The position numbers and the translations under genes are program-made. Positions 45,007-55,021 of a stretch of DNA of 64,000 nt are shown here, one piece after another. Below the pieces are notes generated by a model. That model searched no databases. It was given only the letters and a program-made list of their open reading frames with translations, and was not told the origin of the DNA. Each line of letters opens with the position of its first letter. The first letter of the stretch is position 1. Source of the stretch: Deltaproteobacteria bacterium (GTDB taxonomy: Bacteria; Myxococcota_A; Polyangia; Fen-1088). Where the stretch lies: contig JAFGPX010000003.1 of assembly GCA_016935975.1 (NCBI GenBank), forward strand, positions 15,455 to 79,454, written 5' to 3'.

Positions 45007-47511
45007 GTGCAGAAGCTCATGGAGATATGGTCGCAGAAGCAGGGCGCGGTGGCCATCGGCGGCGTGCTCTTGCTTCTCCTGATCCTGTTCGTGTTGCGGG
45101 CGGGCAAGAAGAAATACGGCAAGAAGACCGATCCCAAGCTCGCCGACGATTTGGCCAAGGGCAACTACGAGGCCGCGGCCGAGCGCGAGCTGAAGGCCGG
45201 CCGCTTGCGTTCCGCATACGATCTGTTCCTGCGCGCCCAGCAGCCCATGCGTGCGGCGCAGATCGCGGTTCGCCAGGGCCGCTTGCAGGACGCAGCCGAG
45301 CTGTTCGAAAAGGCAGGGAGTCGCAAGCGCGCGGCCGATCTGTACAAGCAGGTCGGCATGAAGCTCAAGGCCGAGGAGCTCTTGGCCGAGGACGAGCGCG
45401 CGGCCCGCGAGCGGGAAGCGCAGAGGGCGGCGCTGCGCAAGCGCCTGCAAGACGAGCCCGAAGACGAGGACGTGGCAAGGCTCGATTTGCCTCCGCCGGC
45501 CGCCAAGACCCCGCCGCCCAAGCCGGAAGCTCTCGATCTCGGCGACGTGGCCCAACCCGCGCCGGCTGGCGATCTCGATTTGGGGGCTGCGGCCAAGCCC
45601 GAGACGCCGAGCCTCTTCGGGATCCAGGCGTTGCTCGACAAGGCGGCCGAGAAGGCGGCTTCCCAGGCGGTGGCCCTGGCCGCGACCCAGGCGTCCATGG
45701 CCACGTTCGCGGCGGCTTTCGAGAAATCGATCGTAGCGCGCGGCGTGGAGCAGGAGGATCTGGCGTTGCGCTACGCAGCCGATTCGGCGGTCAGCGCGGC
45801 CCGGGAAGGACCGTCCGTCGAGGATCTGCAGCAAGCGCTGGCTGCCCGCGGCAACGAGGCGGGCGCCGAGGACATCGCCTACCAGCTCGGTTTGGCCCTC
45901 GTGGCCGCCGGTCGCTGGAGCGAAGCGCGGGAGGCTTTCGTTCGCGTCGAGAAGGCGGCGCCCGGGCACCGCGATGCCGCCGCCCGCGCCCAGGAGCTCG
46001 CCCGCTGGCAGGGGGTCGTGGGCGAGACCAGCTTCTCCTCGTCGAAGGCGGACGGTAGAGCCACGCGCTACACCCTGCTCGGCGAGCTGGGCCGCGGCGG
46101 TATGGCGGTGGTGTACCGCGCGCGCGACGAGGCCTTGGGGCGCGAGGTGGCGCTCAAGTTCATGGCCGAGGGCATGGGCAACGATCCCGCGGCCGTGGCC
46201 CTGTTCCAGCGCGAGGCGCGGGCCGTGGCGCAGCTCTCCCACCGCAACATCGTGACCCTGTACGACGTGGGCGAGCAGGACGGCAAGGCCTTCATCTGCA
46301 TGGAGCTGGTGGACGGCAACACGGTAGAGAAGACGATTGAGAAAGAGGGCAAGCTGGAGCCTGCCAAGGCGGCTGCCGTCGTGGGGCAGGTGCTGGATGC
46401 GTTGGAGATGGCGCACGGCAAGCAAACCATCCACCGCGATATCAAGCCCGCGAACATCATGCTTGCGCGCGACGGCACCGTGAAGGTGATGGACTTCGGC
46501 CTGGCCAAGCGCGTTGAGGGACCGGACAAGACCACGATGATCGCGGGCTCGCCGCCCTACATGGCCCCCGAGCAGTTCGTGGGCAAGAACATGGACGGCC
46601 GCACCGACCTGTTTGCCTTGGCCGCGTCTTTCTATGAGATGCTGACCGGCCAGCCGCCCTTCCCGGGCATGGCGCGTTTCGAGCCTCCCCCGTCGATGCG
46701 CACGCTCGACCCGGGGATTCCGGTGGCCCTCGACGGGATCGTGATGCGCGCCCTGGAATTCGACAAGGAGAAGCGCTTTGCCGGCGCCAGCGAAATGGCG
46801 CAGGCTTTGCGGGCCTTCCTCGCCGGCGTCGGTCCGGTGCAGCTTGGCGGCCCGACGGTGGCGCGACCCGCGGGCGGGCCAGTTCCCGAGATTCCGGTCG
46901 TGCCCACCCCGGAGCCGTCGCCGTCGGTTCGGGATCTCCCGATCGAGGAGGGGAGACCGGCGGCCGCGGAGTTGTCGCTCGACGAGGTGAAACCGGCAGC
47001 CGAGGAGTTGTCGTTCGGCGAGGCGAGACCGGCGGCCGAGGTGCAGTTCGCTCTCGACAGTGAGGATTCGGGCGCGGTGGTTTCGCCGCCGGTGGTCGAA
47101 GGCTTGCCCGAGGCGCCGGCGCGCTCGACCCGCGCTACGCCGCGTACGCCCGTGCCCGCCGTTGGTTCCAGCGCAGGTGCCTACCGCATGGTGCGACCCT
47201 CGCAGCCCGACGTCTTCACGCCGGCGCCCTCCGTGAGAGTCGGCAGCAAGACGCCGACCCCGCGACCGCGAAGTCGATCCGGAGAGCACCCGAGTGGGCC
47301 GGCGCGTCCGACAACAGCGCGCACGGCGCTGTCGCTCGCCCCGAGGGCGGGGAGAGCCGAGCAGACGCCGCGTCCGGCCGACAGGGCCCCGGGGGGAACG
47401 CGGCTGGATGCGAGCGGTCTAGGCAGCCGGCCAACCACGCCGTCTCCCGCGCCTCGCACCGGCCCCGAAGGCACGGTGCTGGGCATCGGCCCAGGTCGAA
47501 CCGGCAAGTAG
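45007..47511 (+). CDS. Membrane-anchored Ser/Thr protein kinase with N-terminal TM plus helical/TPR-like region and C-terminal Pro-rich tail
   Basis: Kinase subdomains [45 protein letters not shown] helix [17 protein letters not shown] near the N-terminus. Start is GTG at 45007 or ATG at 45019. Confidence 0.85.
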   Translation: MQKLMEIWSQKQGAVAIGGVLLLLLILFVLRAGKKKYGKKTDPKLADDLAKGNYEAAAERELKAGRLRSAYDLFLRAQQPMRAAQIAVRQGRLQDAAELFEKAGSRKRAADLYKQVGMKLKAEELLAEDERAAREREAQRAALRKRLQDEPEDEDVARLDLPPPAAKTPPPKPEALDLGDVAQPAPAGDLDLGAAAKPETPSLFGIQALLDKAAEKAASQAVALAATQASMATFAAAFEKSIVARGVEQEDLALRYAADSAVSAAREGPSVEDLQQALAARGNEAGAEDIAYQLGLALVAAGRWSEAREAFVRVEKAAPGHRDAAARAQELARWQGVVGETSFSSSKADGRATRYTLLGELGRGGMAVVYRARDEALGREVALKFMAEGMGNDPAAVALFQREARAVAQLSHRNIVTLYDVGEQDGKAFICMELVDGNTVEKTIEKEGKLEPAKAAAVVGQVLDALEMAHGKQTIHRDIKPANIMLARDGTVKVMDFGLAKRVEGPDKTTMIAGSPPYMAPEQFVGKNMDGRTDLFALAASFYEMLTGQPPFPGMARFEPPPSMRTLDPGIPVALDGIVMRALEFDKEKRFAGASEMAQALRAFLAGVGPVQLGGPTVARPAGGPVPEIPVVPTPEPSPSVRDLPIEEGRPAAAELSLDEVKPAAEELSFGEARPAAEVQFALDSEDSGAVVSPPVVEGLPEAPARSTRATPRTPVPAVGSSAGAYRMVRPSQPDVFTPAPSVRVGSKTPTPRPRSRSGEHPSGPARPTTARTALSLAPRAGRAEQTPRPADRAPGGTRLDASGLGSRPTTPSPAPRTGPEGTVLGIGPGRTGK

Positions 47512-47731
47512 TACTGCTGCTTCCGTTCTTCGATTTGCCGACGGGCGACGATCCGGGCCAGTGTCTGCGTCGGGCCCGCGCTTTCTTCTGTGTCTTCGAG
47601 CAGAGACTCCGTGGGTGACCGGCATGGGGGCTGTCCCCCTGGCAGGGGGAGAAAAGGAGGAATCCGGTGAGATGGCGCTCGGCTGCCTGCTGGGTTCAGG
47701 TTCGCGTCCGACCTGCCGATGGTCGGGTATT

Positions 47732-48511
47732 ATGCGCACTGTGGAGCGGGTGACGCCCCTGCGTCGGGGGCGCGGGCCGGGCAGCCTGCACGGCCGCCGC
47801 GGGCGTGGTGGCCGCCGGGATGAGCGCGGCGCAATTCTGGTCGCCGTCCTGCTCCTCATGATCGTGCTGCTCGGGCTGGGCATGGCGGGCCTGTTTCTCA
47901 CGAAGTCCAACGTCCAGATGCTGACCAACACCAACCTGCGCAACCAGGCTCTCTACGTTGCCGAGGCGGGGCTCGAGAGAGCTCGGGACATTCTCAACGG
48001 TCCCATCGAACCGGACCTGACGGCTCTGCTCGGCGGGGATGGCCATGCAAATCAGCCGGGAGACGAAATCCCCAATTCGCTCGACCCCGTGACTGGTCTG
48101 CCTGTCGGGCGCGGCGCGATTCTGACAGACACCTCGGGGGCACCGCTTTGGAGAGTCAACTACCCCACCAGCGTGTTTCACGCCGAGCCCGTGCCGGGAA
48201 ATCCCAGCGGCGTGAGCGCCGCGCTCATGGGTGCGTACACGGTCTACATGCGCAACGACATAGCGGAATGTCGGAGGGGGCTTTTCACCGTCGATGGCGA
48301 GGCCGCGGGCGGCAACCAAGTGGTGGTCATCCGCTCCGAAGGGACGGCGGTGGACGGTCGCACCACCGTGGTCCTGGAGATGACCATGGGGGCCGGCACG
48401 ACGGGCGGCGAGCAAGGCGCGGGCGGCATTGCGGCCGTGCTGTGCAACGCCGGCAAGAACGCTTGCGACGACAACAGCTCCGTGCAGAACAACGTGGTCG
48501 TCAACAACTGA
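47732..48511 (+). CDS. PilX-like minor pilin / pseudopilin-like protein
   Basis: N-terminus RDERGAILVAVLLLMIVLLGLGMAGLFLTKSNVQMLTNTNLRNQALYVAEAGLERARDIL has the PilX_N pattern (RGxALxxxL...hydrophobic helix...A.AGL). The start is uncertain. Confidence 0.55.
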   Translation: MRTVERVTPLRRGRGPGSLHGRRGRGGRRDERGAILVAVLLLMIVLLGLGMAGLFLTKSNVQMLTNTNLRNQALYVAEAGLERARDILNGPIEPDLTALLGGDGHANQPGDEIPNSLDPVTGLPVGRGAILTDTSGAPLWRVNYPTSVFHAEPVPGNPSGVSAALMGAYTVYMRNDIAECRRGLFTVDGEAAGGNQVVVIRSEGTAVDGRTTVVLEMTMGAGTTGGEQGAGGIAAVLCNAGKNACDDNSSVQNNVVVNN

Positions 48512-48550
48512 TTCGCATCGGGCGAAGCGCGGGTGGTAGAAGACCCGTCC

Positions 48551-49408
48551 ATGTCCAGGATCGACGCCAGTTTCGGGGTCTGCGCCTTGCTCGGCTACCC
48601 CGCGCACCATTCCATGGGGCCGGCCATCCACAACGCCGCCTTCGAGGCCCTGGGCCTGCCGCTCGTCTACGTCGCTCACGACGTGGCGCCTGCCGATCTG
48701 GCCGCAGCCGTCGCCGGAGCGCGCGCCCTCTCCTACCGCGGCCTCTCTATCACCATGCCGCACAAGGTGGCTGCGCTCGGGTTGGTCGACGAAGTCGATG
48801 CCACGGCACAGGCCGTCGGTTGCATCAACACCGTCGTCAACCGCGATGGGCGCCTCTTGGGCCACAACTCCGACGGACAGGGTGCCCTCGATGCGCTGGA
48901 GCGTGCCGGCGTTCGCACGCAAGGCCGGCGCGTGCTCGTGCTGGGGTCGGGGGGCGCGGCCCGCGCCGTGGGCATGACAATGGCGATGCGCGGCCAGCCG
49001 GCATGCCTCGAGATCCTCGGCGTGGTGGACGAGGAGCTTTGTCGACTCGGCCGGGACGTGGCGGCCCGCACCGACGCAAAGGTGAAGACGTGCAGGCTCG
49101 ACGAGGAGTCGCTGGCGGCCGCGGTCGCCAGCGCCGACGTTCTTCTGCACTGCACACCCGTGGGCATGACGCCCGATACCGATCGCTCGCTGGTGGCCCC
49201 CGAGCTCTTGCGGCCGGATCTGGCGGTTTTCGACGCCGTCTACAACCCCCGCCGCACCTTGCTCATCGAGCAGGCCGCCGCGCGTGGCTGCCCGGTGGTC
49301 CTGGGCATGGAGATGTTCCTCGGCCAGGCCATGGTGCAGTTCGAGTTGTGGACGGGACACAAGGCCCCCGCCGAGGTCATGCGCAAGGTCATCGAGGCGC
49401 GGCTGTGA
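48551..49408 (+). CDS. aroE: Shikimate dehydrogenase
   Basis: FGVCALLGYPAHHSMGPAIHNAAF, LSITMPHK and VLVLGSGGAARAV (Rossmann) are canonical AroE motifs. Confidence 0.85.
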   Translation: MSRIDASFGVCALLGYPAHHSMGPAIHNAAFEALGLPLVYVAHDVAPADLAAAVAGARALSYRGLSITMPHKVAALGLVDEVDATAQAVGCINTVVNRDGRLLGHNSDGQGALDALERAGVRTQGRRVLVLGSGGAARAVGMTMAMRGQPACLEILGVVDEELCRLGRDVAARTDAKVKTCRLDEESLAAAVASADVLLHCTPVGMTPDTDRSLVAPELLRPDLAVFDAVYNPRRTLLIEQAAARGCPVVLGMEMFLGQAMVQFELWTGHKAPAEVMRKVIEARL

Positions 49409-49917
49409 ACCTGGTTCTCATTGGCTATCGCGGCGCCGGCAAGAGCGCGATTGCTCGCCGCTTGGGGGTCCTGCTGGAACGGCGCACCGTCAGCCTGGAC
49501 GACGAAATCGTGGCCGTGGCCGGCATCTCGATTCCCGCCATCGTGGCGGCACACGGTTGGAAGCACTTTCGCGACTTGGAAGAGGGCGTGTGCCGGGAGT
49601 TCGGGGGCCAGGACGGCCTGGTCATCGACTGCGGCGGCGGTGTCGTCGAGCGCGAAGCCAACCACATCGCGCTGCGTTCGCGGGGCAGGGTCTTCTGGCT
49701 GCGGGCCACGCCCGCGACCATCGTGAGCAGGATTGGCGGCGACAACTCGCGTCCGTCGCTGACCGGCGCGCGGAGCTTCACCGACGAGGTAGAAGAAGTG
49801 CTGTCGCGCCGCATACCACTCTACGAGCGCATGGCCCACGAAATCGTCGACACCGATGGGCGCAGCCTGGACGATTTGGCGAGCACCATCGCGCGGCGTT
49901 TTGTCGGGGCGACGTAG
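49405..49917 (+). CDS. aroK: Shikimate kinase
   Basis: GTG start overlapping the aroE stop. Walker A LIGYRGAGKSAIA. The DxD-like LDDEIVA and the lid region are present. 170 aa. Confidence 0.8.
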   Translation: MNLVLIGYRGAGKSAIARRLGVLLERRTVSLDDEIVAVAGISIPAIVAAHGWKHFRDLEEGVCREFGGQDGLVIDCGGGVVEREANHIALRSRGRVFWLRATPATIVSRIGGDNSRPSLTGARSFTDEVEEVLSRRIPLYERMAHEIVDTDGRSLDDLASTIARRFVGAT

Positions 49918-50056
49918 CAGGCGGTCGGTTGGGGTGCGGCGGGACGGTGGCCTATTCCCTGTCGAATCCACATACGTACGCTTGGCCAGGGAATTGTGTT
50001 AGATATCCATCTATCATCGCCCTTGCGGGTGCGATCCAGGCACAAGGAGCAAAACG

Positions 50057-50803
50057 TTGGACTCACGCGAGAATTCGGTCCTCAAATCTCTCAAAGAGCT
50101 GCGCAAGCAGGAGGAAGAGAGGGTCAAGAAGGAGCGCGCCGAGGCCGAAGCTCGCGCCGAGGCGGAGCGCAAAGCCAGGGAAGAAGCCGAGCGCAAAGCG
50201 AGGGCTGAGGCCGAGCGGGCTCGCCGCGAAGAGGAGGAACGGCTGCGCCGGTTGGAGGCGGAGAAGGAGGCCCAGGAGCGCGAGGGCCGTCTGCGTCTCG
50301 AGGAGGCCGAGCGTCGGGCGCGCATCGAGGCCGAAGCCAAGTTGCAGCAGGAACGCATGCGTATCGAGGCGCAGGCCAAGGTCGCGGGCAAGGAGAAGGG
50401 CGTGCCCGTGGGTCTTATCGTCGGTGTGGTGGCGGTCGTGCTCGTCATCGCGGGTGGCGTCATCTACAAGATCAAGTCCGACCATGAAAAGCAGCTCGCC
50501 GCCCAGGAAGTCGAAAAACAGGCGGCGATCGAGCGCGAGAAGCTGCGTCTGGCCGAGCAAGAGAAGCGGTTCGAGCAGATCGAAGCCAACCTGAAGCGAC
50601 AGATCGCCGACGCCAAGAGCGAAGCCGAGCGCGTCGAGCTGAAGCGGCAGCTCGATGATGCCACGCGCGCCAGGTCGCGCGTGACGGCAACCCGGCATTC
50701 GGCGCCGAGGGAGAAGAAGGAGTCCTCCCCTGCGACGCCGCCCAAGCTCATCAAGGACAAGAGAGAAGTCTCCCTCGACCCGCTCGAGGGCCTTAAGCTC
50801 TAG
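50057..50803 (+). CDS. Highly charged coiled-coil (E/R/K/A-rich) membrane-anchored protein, hypothetical
   Basis: TTG start with AGGAG 8 nt upstream. About 120 aa of ERKAREEAERKARAEAERARREEEERLRR periodicity, one TM helix (VGLIVGVVAVVLVIAGGVIY), then a second coiled-coil. Confidence 0.5.
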   Translation: MDSRENSVLKSLKELRKQEEERVKKERAEAEARAEAERKAREEAERKARAEAERARREEEERLRRLEAEKEAQEREGRLRLEEAERRARIEAEAKLQQERMRIEAQAKVAGKEKGVPVGLIVGVVAVVLVIAGGVIYKIKSDHEKQLAAQEVEKQAAIEREKLRLAEQEKRFEQIEANLKRQIADAKSEAERVELKRQLDDATRARSRVTATRHSAPREKKESSPATPPKLIKDKREVSLDPLEGLKL

Positions 50804-50842
50804 CCTGCCCCGAAGTCGGGCGGCCGTGGTAGAAACGGCCGC

Positions 50843-51409
50843 ATGAACGGCAGCGAGCTTTTCGAGCGGCACCGGGCCAGGCTTCTCGATCTCCTCAAGC
50901 AGTTGGCCTACGAGGAGCGCGAGGTGGTGCTCGCGTCCGGGCGGAAGAGCAACTTCTACATCGACTGCAAGCAGGCGGTGCTGAGCGCGGAAGGCCATTT
51001 TCTGGTGGGCTGGCTCTTTGGCCACATCATCGGCGAGCGGGCGCCGGAGGTCGAAGCCGTGGGCGGCCTGACCATGGGCGCCGATCCCCTGGCGTCCGCG
51101 GTGGCCACGGTCAGCTACCTTGGCCACAGGCCGCTGCCGGCTTTCTACGTGCGCAAGGAGCCCAAGGGGCACGGCACCGGGCAATGGCTCGAGGGGGGCA
51201 AGCTGCTTCGTCCCGGCATGCCGGTGGCCATTCTCGAGGACGTGGTCACCACGGGCGGCTCGGCCAAGAAGGCGGTGGCGCGGGCGCGCGAGTTCGGCCT
51301 GAGAGTCAGCCTCATCGTCGGCCTGGTCGATCGAGAGGAGGGCGGACGAGAGGCACTCGAGCAGGAAGCCCCGCTCGTGACCCTGTTCCGGAGGCGCGAG
51401 TTCACGTGA
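50843..51409 (+). CDS. pyrE: Orotate phosphoribosyltransferase
   Basis: PRPP-binding loop VAILEDVVTTGGS plus the flanking type-I PRTase fold. 188 aa. Confidence 0.85.
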   Translation: MNGSELFERHRARLLDLLKQLAYEEREVVLASGRKSNFYIDCKQAVLSAEGHFLVGWLFGHIIGERAPEVEAVGGLTMGADPLASAVATVSYLGHRPLPAFYVRKEPKGHGTGQWLEGGKLLRPGMPVAILEDVVTTGGSAKKAVARAREFGLRVSLIVGLVDREEGGREALEQEAPLVTLFRRREFT

Positions 51410-52056
51410 ACGTTCTGCGGGGAGCAGTGCTCGTGGGGTGCGTCGCGTATGCCGCATGTGCCTCGACGCGTTCGCAAACCGTCGATTTCTCCGAAAACCC
51501 GAGGAGTTATCGCGGCGCGGACTACGGCGGCGTCCACGACGCATGGACGCGCCACGCGAAACTGGTCCAGGACATCGGCACGGCGATGGAAATCTGGGCC
51601 ACGTTCAAGAGCTGGGAGTTTCGTCAGGCCTACGTGGCCAAGTACGCGAAGGTCTACGACCTGGCGGACTCCGAGCGCGAGGCCTTGGCCAAGTCCCAGC
51701 TCGAAACCGCGCGCGCGGTGTACGAGATACACCTGGTCGCCCAGAGCACCAACGATCACTGGAACGACCTCGGCAGCAGGCGCTCCCCGTGGCGGCTGAC
51801 GCTGCTCGACGGGACCGGGGCGGAACTGGCGCCCACGACCATCAAGGTCGAGAAGCTGCCGGATGCCTACGAGAGCGAGTTTTTCCCGTCGCGCACGCCT
51901 TTTTCCAAGACCTACACCCTGCGCTTCGTGCGGCCGGAAGGCGCCGACGCGTCGTTCGTCGGTCCTCCGTCGGGCCGCCTGATCTTGCGGCTCGCCTCGC
52001 CGCTGGGCAAGGTCGAGGTTGCGTGGGAGGCCAAGGAAGGCGTATCGGTTCGTTGA
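51406..52056 (+). CDS. Hypothetical lipoprotein
   Basis: GTG start overlapping the pyrE stop. Signal peptide plus lipobox LVGCVAYAAC. No recognisable domain. Confidence 0.5.
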   Translation: MNVLRGAVLVGCVAYAACASTRSQTVDFSENPRSYRGADYGGVHDAWTRHAKLVQDIGTAMEIWATFKSWEFRQAYVAKYAKVYDLADSEREALAKSQLETARAVYEIHLVAQSTNDHWNDLGSRRSPWRLTLLDGTGAELAPTTIKVEKLPDAYESEFFPSRTPFSKTYTLRFVRPEGADASFVGPPSGRLILRLASPLGKVEVAWEAKEGVSVR

Positions 52057-52082
52057 ACGAGAAGCCAGCGTCCGTGCGGCGC

Positions 52083-53441
52083 TCACCTGCCCACGTAGCG
52101 CAGCACCAACAGCGTGGCGTCGTCTTGCGGGCTGGCGGCGCAGAAGTCGAGTACCGTGCTCATGATGCCTGTCAGGATTTCCTCCACCGGCTGGGTGTGG
52201 CGCTTCTCGATTTCGGCGAGCAACCGCGGCATCCCATAGCATTCGTGTTCGCGCCGGGCTTCGGGGATACCGTCGGTATAGAGCACGACCAGATCGCCCT
52301 GGGCGAGAGCGAGGAAGCGACTCTCGAGGTCGGGGCTGATGTCTTCGCTGATGCCGACCCAGGTCCCGTGGGTGGCGACGGTGCGAATTTGGCCGCTTGG
52401 GCTACACACCACGATCTCTTCGTGCGCGCCCGCGTAGGCGAGACGGCCGTCGGCGAAGAAACGGAACATGGTCAGACTCGCGTGGTCGTCACGCCCCATG
52501 CGCAGCCGCAGGTTCTGGTAGAGCATGCGATTGAGGGCGGGCAGGATCTCGTGGGGGAGTGCCCCCGGGTTCTGCAGCACCAACGAGGACAGCCCGCTCT
52601 GAATCATGAGCATGACCAGGCCGGCCGCAAGCCCGTGTCCGGCCACGTCGCCGATGCCCAGCCAGCAGCCGTCGGCGGTGGGACGGACGTCGTAGTAGTC
52701 GCCACCCACCTCGGAGGCGGTGATCATCTGCGCGGCGATCTGCAGCCCCGGCACCCGGAATTGCGCGGGCAGGATCGAGGTTTGAATCCTGCGTGCGATC
52801 TCCACCTCTTTGCGCAGAGGAGCCAGCTCGGCGTCGCGCTCGAGCGCGGCCTCGCGCCGGAGACGCTCTTCGAGGAGGCGCGCCTGCTCAGCCACCCGGC
52901 GTTCCAGCCCTTCGTTCGCGCGCACCAGATCCTGGGAGAGCCGCTGATTCTCACGTAGGACGCGGCCGTGGGCCACGGCGCGGGTGACGGCGGCCGGCAG
53001 CATGCGCTCGTAGTCGGACTTGGGCACGAAGTCGAACACGCCGGCATGCACGGTTTCGAGGATCTGCGACATGGCGGATTCCTCGCTCAGGATGATCACC
53101 GGCAGCAGGGGATCCATGTCGTAGAGGCGGCGGAAGACTTCGATGCCGTTCATGTCCGGCATGTTGAGATCCGCGATGACCGCGTCCAGGTCGGGGGTGG
53201 AGGCCACCTGCAAGGCTTCGGCCCCGCTCGGTGCCACCAGCACGGTCCACCCCATGTCCCCGAGGAACGTCGAAACCGTGTCGAGAGCGAGCGGCGAGTC
53301 GTCGATGAGCAGAAGCTTGCCCGGCGGACTGGCAGTCTCTTGGGTCGTGCGCAAGAAGGCCAGCCTGCCGGGACCATGCAGAGCCACGGGACCACCCGAG
53401 ACGGCTGCGCTGAGGCTCGGACCGACCTCCACGTCGCTCAC
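52083..53441 (-). CDS. Response regulator with receiver domain fused to PP2C/SpoIIE-type Ser/Thr phosphatase (RsbU-like)
   Basis: Receiver KLLLIDDSPLA...DLNMPDMNG. PP2C region GGDYYDV...GDVAGHGLAAG...LYTDG. Confidence 0.85.
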   Translation of the reverse strand: MSDVEVGPSLSAAVSGGPVALHGPGRLAFLRTTQETASPPGKLLLIDDSPLALDTVSTFLGDMGWTVLVAPSGAEALQVASTPDLDAVIADLNMPDMNGIEVFRRLYDMDPLLPVIILSEESAMSQILETVHAGVFDFVPKSDYERMLPAAVTRAVAHGRVLRENQRLSQDLVRANEGLERRVAEQARLLEERLRREAALERDAELAPLRKEVEIARRIQTSILPAQFRVPGLQIAAQMITASEVGGDYYDVRPTADGCWLGIGDVAGHGLAAGLVMLMIQSGLSSLVLQNPGALPHEILPALNRMLYQNLRLRMGRDDHASLTMFRFFADGRLAYAGAHEEIVVCSPSGQIRTVATHGTWVGISEDISPDLESRFLALAQGDLVVLYTDGIPEARREHECYGMPRLLAEIEKRHTQPVEEILTGIMSTVLDFCAASPQDDATLLVLRYVGR

Positions 53442-53757
53442 GGCAGACCACCCTTCTGGTCTGCTGGCAGCCGACGTTGGGCGACCTGCCGCCCGCCGTG
53501 ACGGTGGGTCACGGGCATGCCCGCGAACGGCGTCGCTGATGCCAGTCGGATCCTGCCTGCGCCCATGGCCAGCCCTCGCTGCCGATTATGCACGAACTCG
53601 GAAGTGCCCGCGCTCGTCTACTATCGGCCGCGGCCTCGTCGGGCTTGAGCCCGTGTTGCTACGCGGCGCCAATTCTCGGTCGGGGAGAGAAGTGCCCGGT
53701 TTCGCATCGGAAAACTAAAGGTGTCCGGGAAATGCGTCGATGAAATGACATAGGCAC

Positions 53758-54480
53758 ATGACCACTTCAATGAGCGAAGTCGTGCTCGCGCGTCTCTTGG
53801 AAGTCGCGCGTCACAAGGTCGTGGCCGGCATGGCGATGATTGGCAAGCCCGAGCGCGACGCTGCGCTGCAGCTGGCGGCGGATCTGCACGCGATCGCGGG
53901 CGAGGCCAGTGTCCTGGACCGACCGGAGCTCTGCCGGGCCGCCCAGGATGGAGAGGACGCGGCTCGTCTGCTGGCTGGCGGTGGCGTGGACGCGGCCGAG
54001 CCGTGCATGCGCTCGCTGCGTCGGCTGGGCTACCTGTTGCAGGAGGCGTCGGAAGCCCTGGAGGGCAAGCCCGGCTCGGGAGAGCGTCATATTCCGGTCG
54101 CTTTCTCGGCCAAGCTGCTCATCGTCGACGACAGCCCGGTCGCGGCCCTCGCGCTGGCGGATGTGTTCGAGATGCACAACTACACGGTGCGCGTGGCCTC
54201 GACGTTCGACAAGGCGGTGGAGATCCTCTCCTCGTACGCTCCCGATATTCTGGTCAGCGACGTTCACATGCCCGCGCTCGACGTCGCCGAGCTGTGCCGC
54301 CGTTTCCGGGCCAGCGCGGGAGAGCGGCGCACGGCCGTCGTCTTGGTGTCCGGGCGGTCGGCGGCGGAAGTGCGCGAACGGCTTGACGAGATCAAGCCCG
54401 ATGTCTTCGTGTCCAAACTGGCCGGTGCTGTCGCGGTTCTTGACCGGGTGAGCGCCGTATGCCGTGATCTCTGGGCATGA
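53758..54480 (+). CDS. Hpt-like domain + receiver domain protein
   Basis: The N-terminal about 110 aa are helical with HAIAGEASVLDRPEL (Hpt-like His). C-terminal receiver KLLIVDDSPVA...SDVHMP...K. Confidence 0.7.
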   Translation: MTTSMSEVVLARLLEVARHKVVAGMAMIGKPERDAALQLAADLHAIAGEASVLDRPELCRAAQDGEDAARLLAGGGVDAAEPCMRSLRRLGYLLQEASEALEGKPGSGERHIPVAFSAKLLIVDDSPVAALALADVFEMHNYTVRVASTFDKAVEILSSYAPDILVSDVHMPALDVAELCRRFRASAGERRTAVVLVSGRSAAEVRERLDEIKPDVFVSKLAGAVAVLDRVSAVCRDLWA

Positions 54481-55007
54481 GCGCTGCAAAACGGGCGTCC
54501 GGCGAGCGCCGGCTCGCCCCCGTCAAGGCACCGGGGCCGCCGGGCCGCGAAGGCGGAGGAACGCTCATGGTGCTGCGTTTGGGCCAGCGCTGGTTTGCCG
54601 TAGACGTGAAGGCGATAGTGGAAGTAGCCTTGCAAAGCCAGGTCACGCGCGTGCCCACGGCGCCGAGTCACATTCTCGGCGTCGCCACCCTACGTGGCCG
54701 GTTGGTCACGGTCGTAGGCTTGGAACAGATGATCGGCGGTGTCGGCATGCTTCCGCTGGAGAATCCAGCGACACTGCCACGTCTGCTGGTGCTACGCGAT
54801 GGAGCCTATGAGATGGCCGTGGTGGCGGAGGAGATCCACGGCATGGTCGAGTACGGGGGAGCGGCCGGGCCGCAGCCGGCACGAGCCGCGGACGCGCCGG
54901 ATTTCGTGCGCGATGAATTCGACTGGCAGGGCAATCGCGTGACTCTGCTCGACGCTTCCTTGCTGGTGGCCGCTGCGGCCCGGCTGGCGGGCGTCGTCCC
55001 ACCCTGA
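54477..55007 (+). CDS. cheW: CheW-like coupling protein
   Basis: The ATGA start overlaps the upstream stop. LRLGQRWFAVDVKAIVEV...VPTAPSHILGVATLRGRLVTVV is a typical CheW fold signature. Confidence 0.8.
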   Translation: MSAAKRASGERRLAPVKAPGPPGREGGGTLMVLRLGQRWFAVDVKAIVEVALQSQVTRVPTAPSHILGVATLRGRLVTVVGLEQMIGGVGMLPLENPATLPRLLVLRDGAYEMAVVAEEIHGMVEYGGAAGPQPARAADAPDFVRDEFDWQGNRVTLLDASLLVAAAARLAGVVPP

Positions 55008-55021
55008 AAAGACGTGGTTCC

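Noticed and set aside
44980-47289. ORF 44980..47289(-) of 769 aa
   Set aside because: Antisense to the Ser/Thr kinase gene, which has all canonical kinase subdomains.
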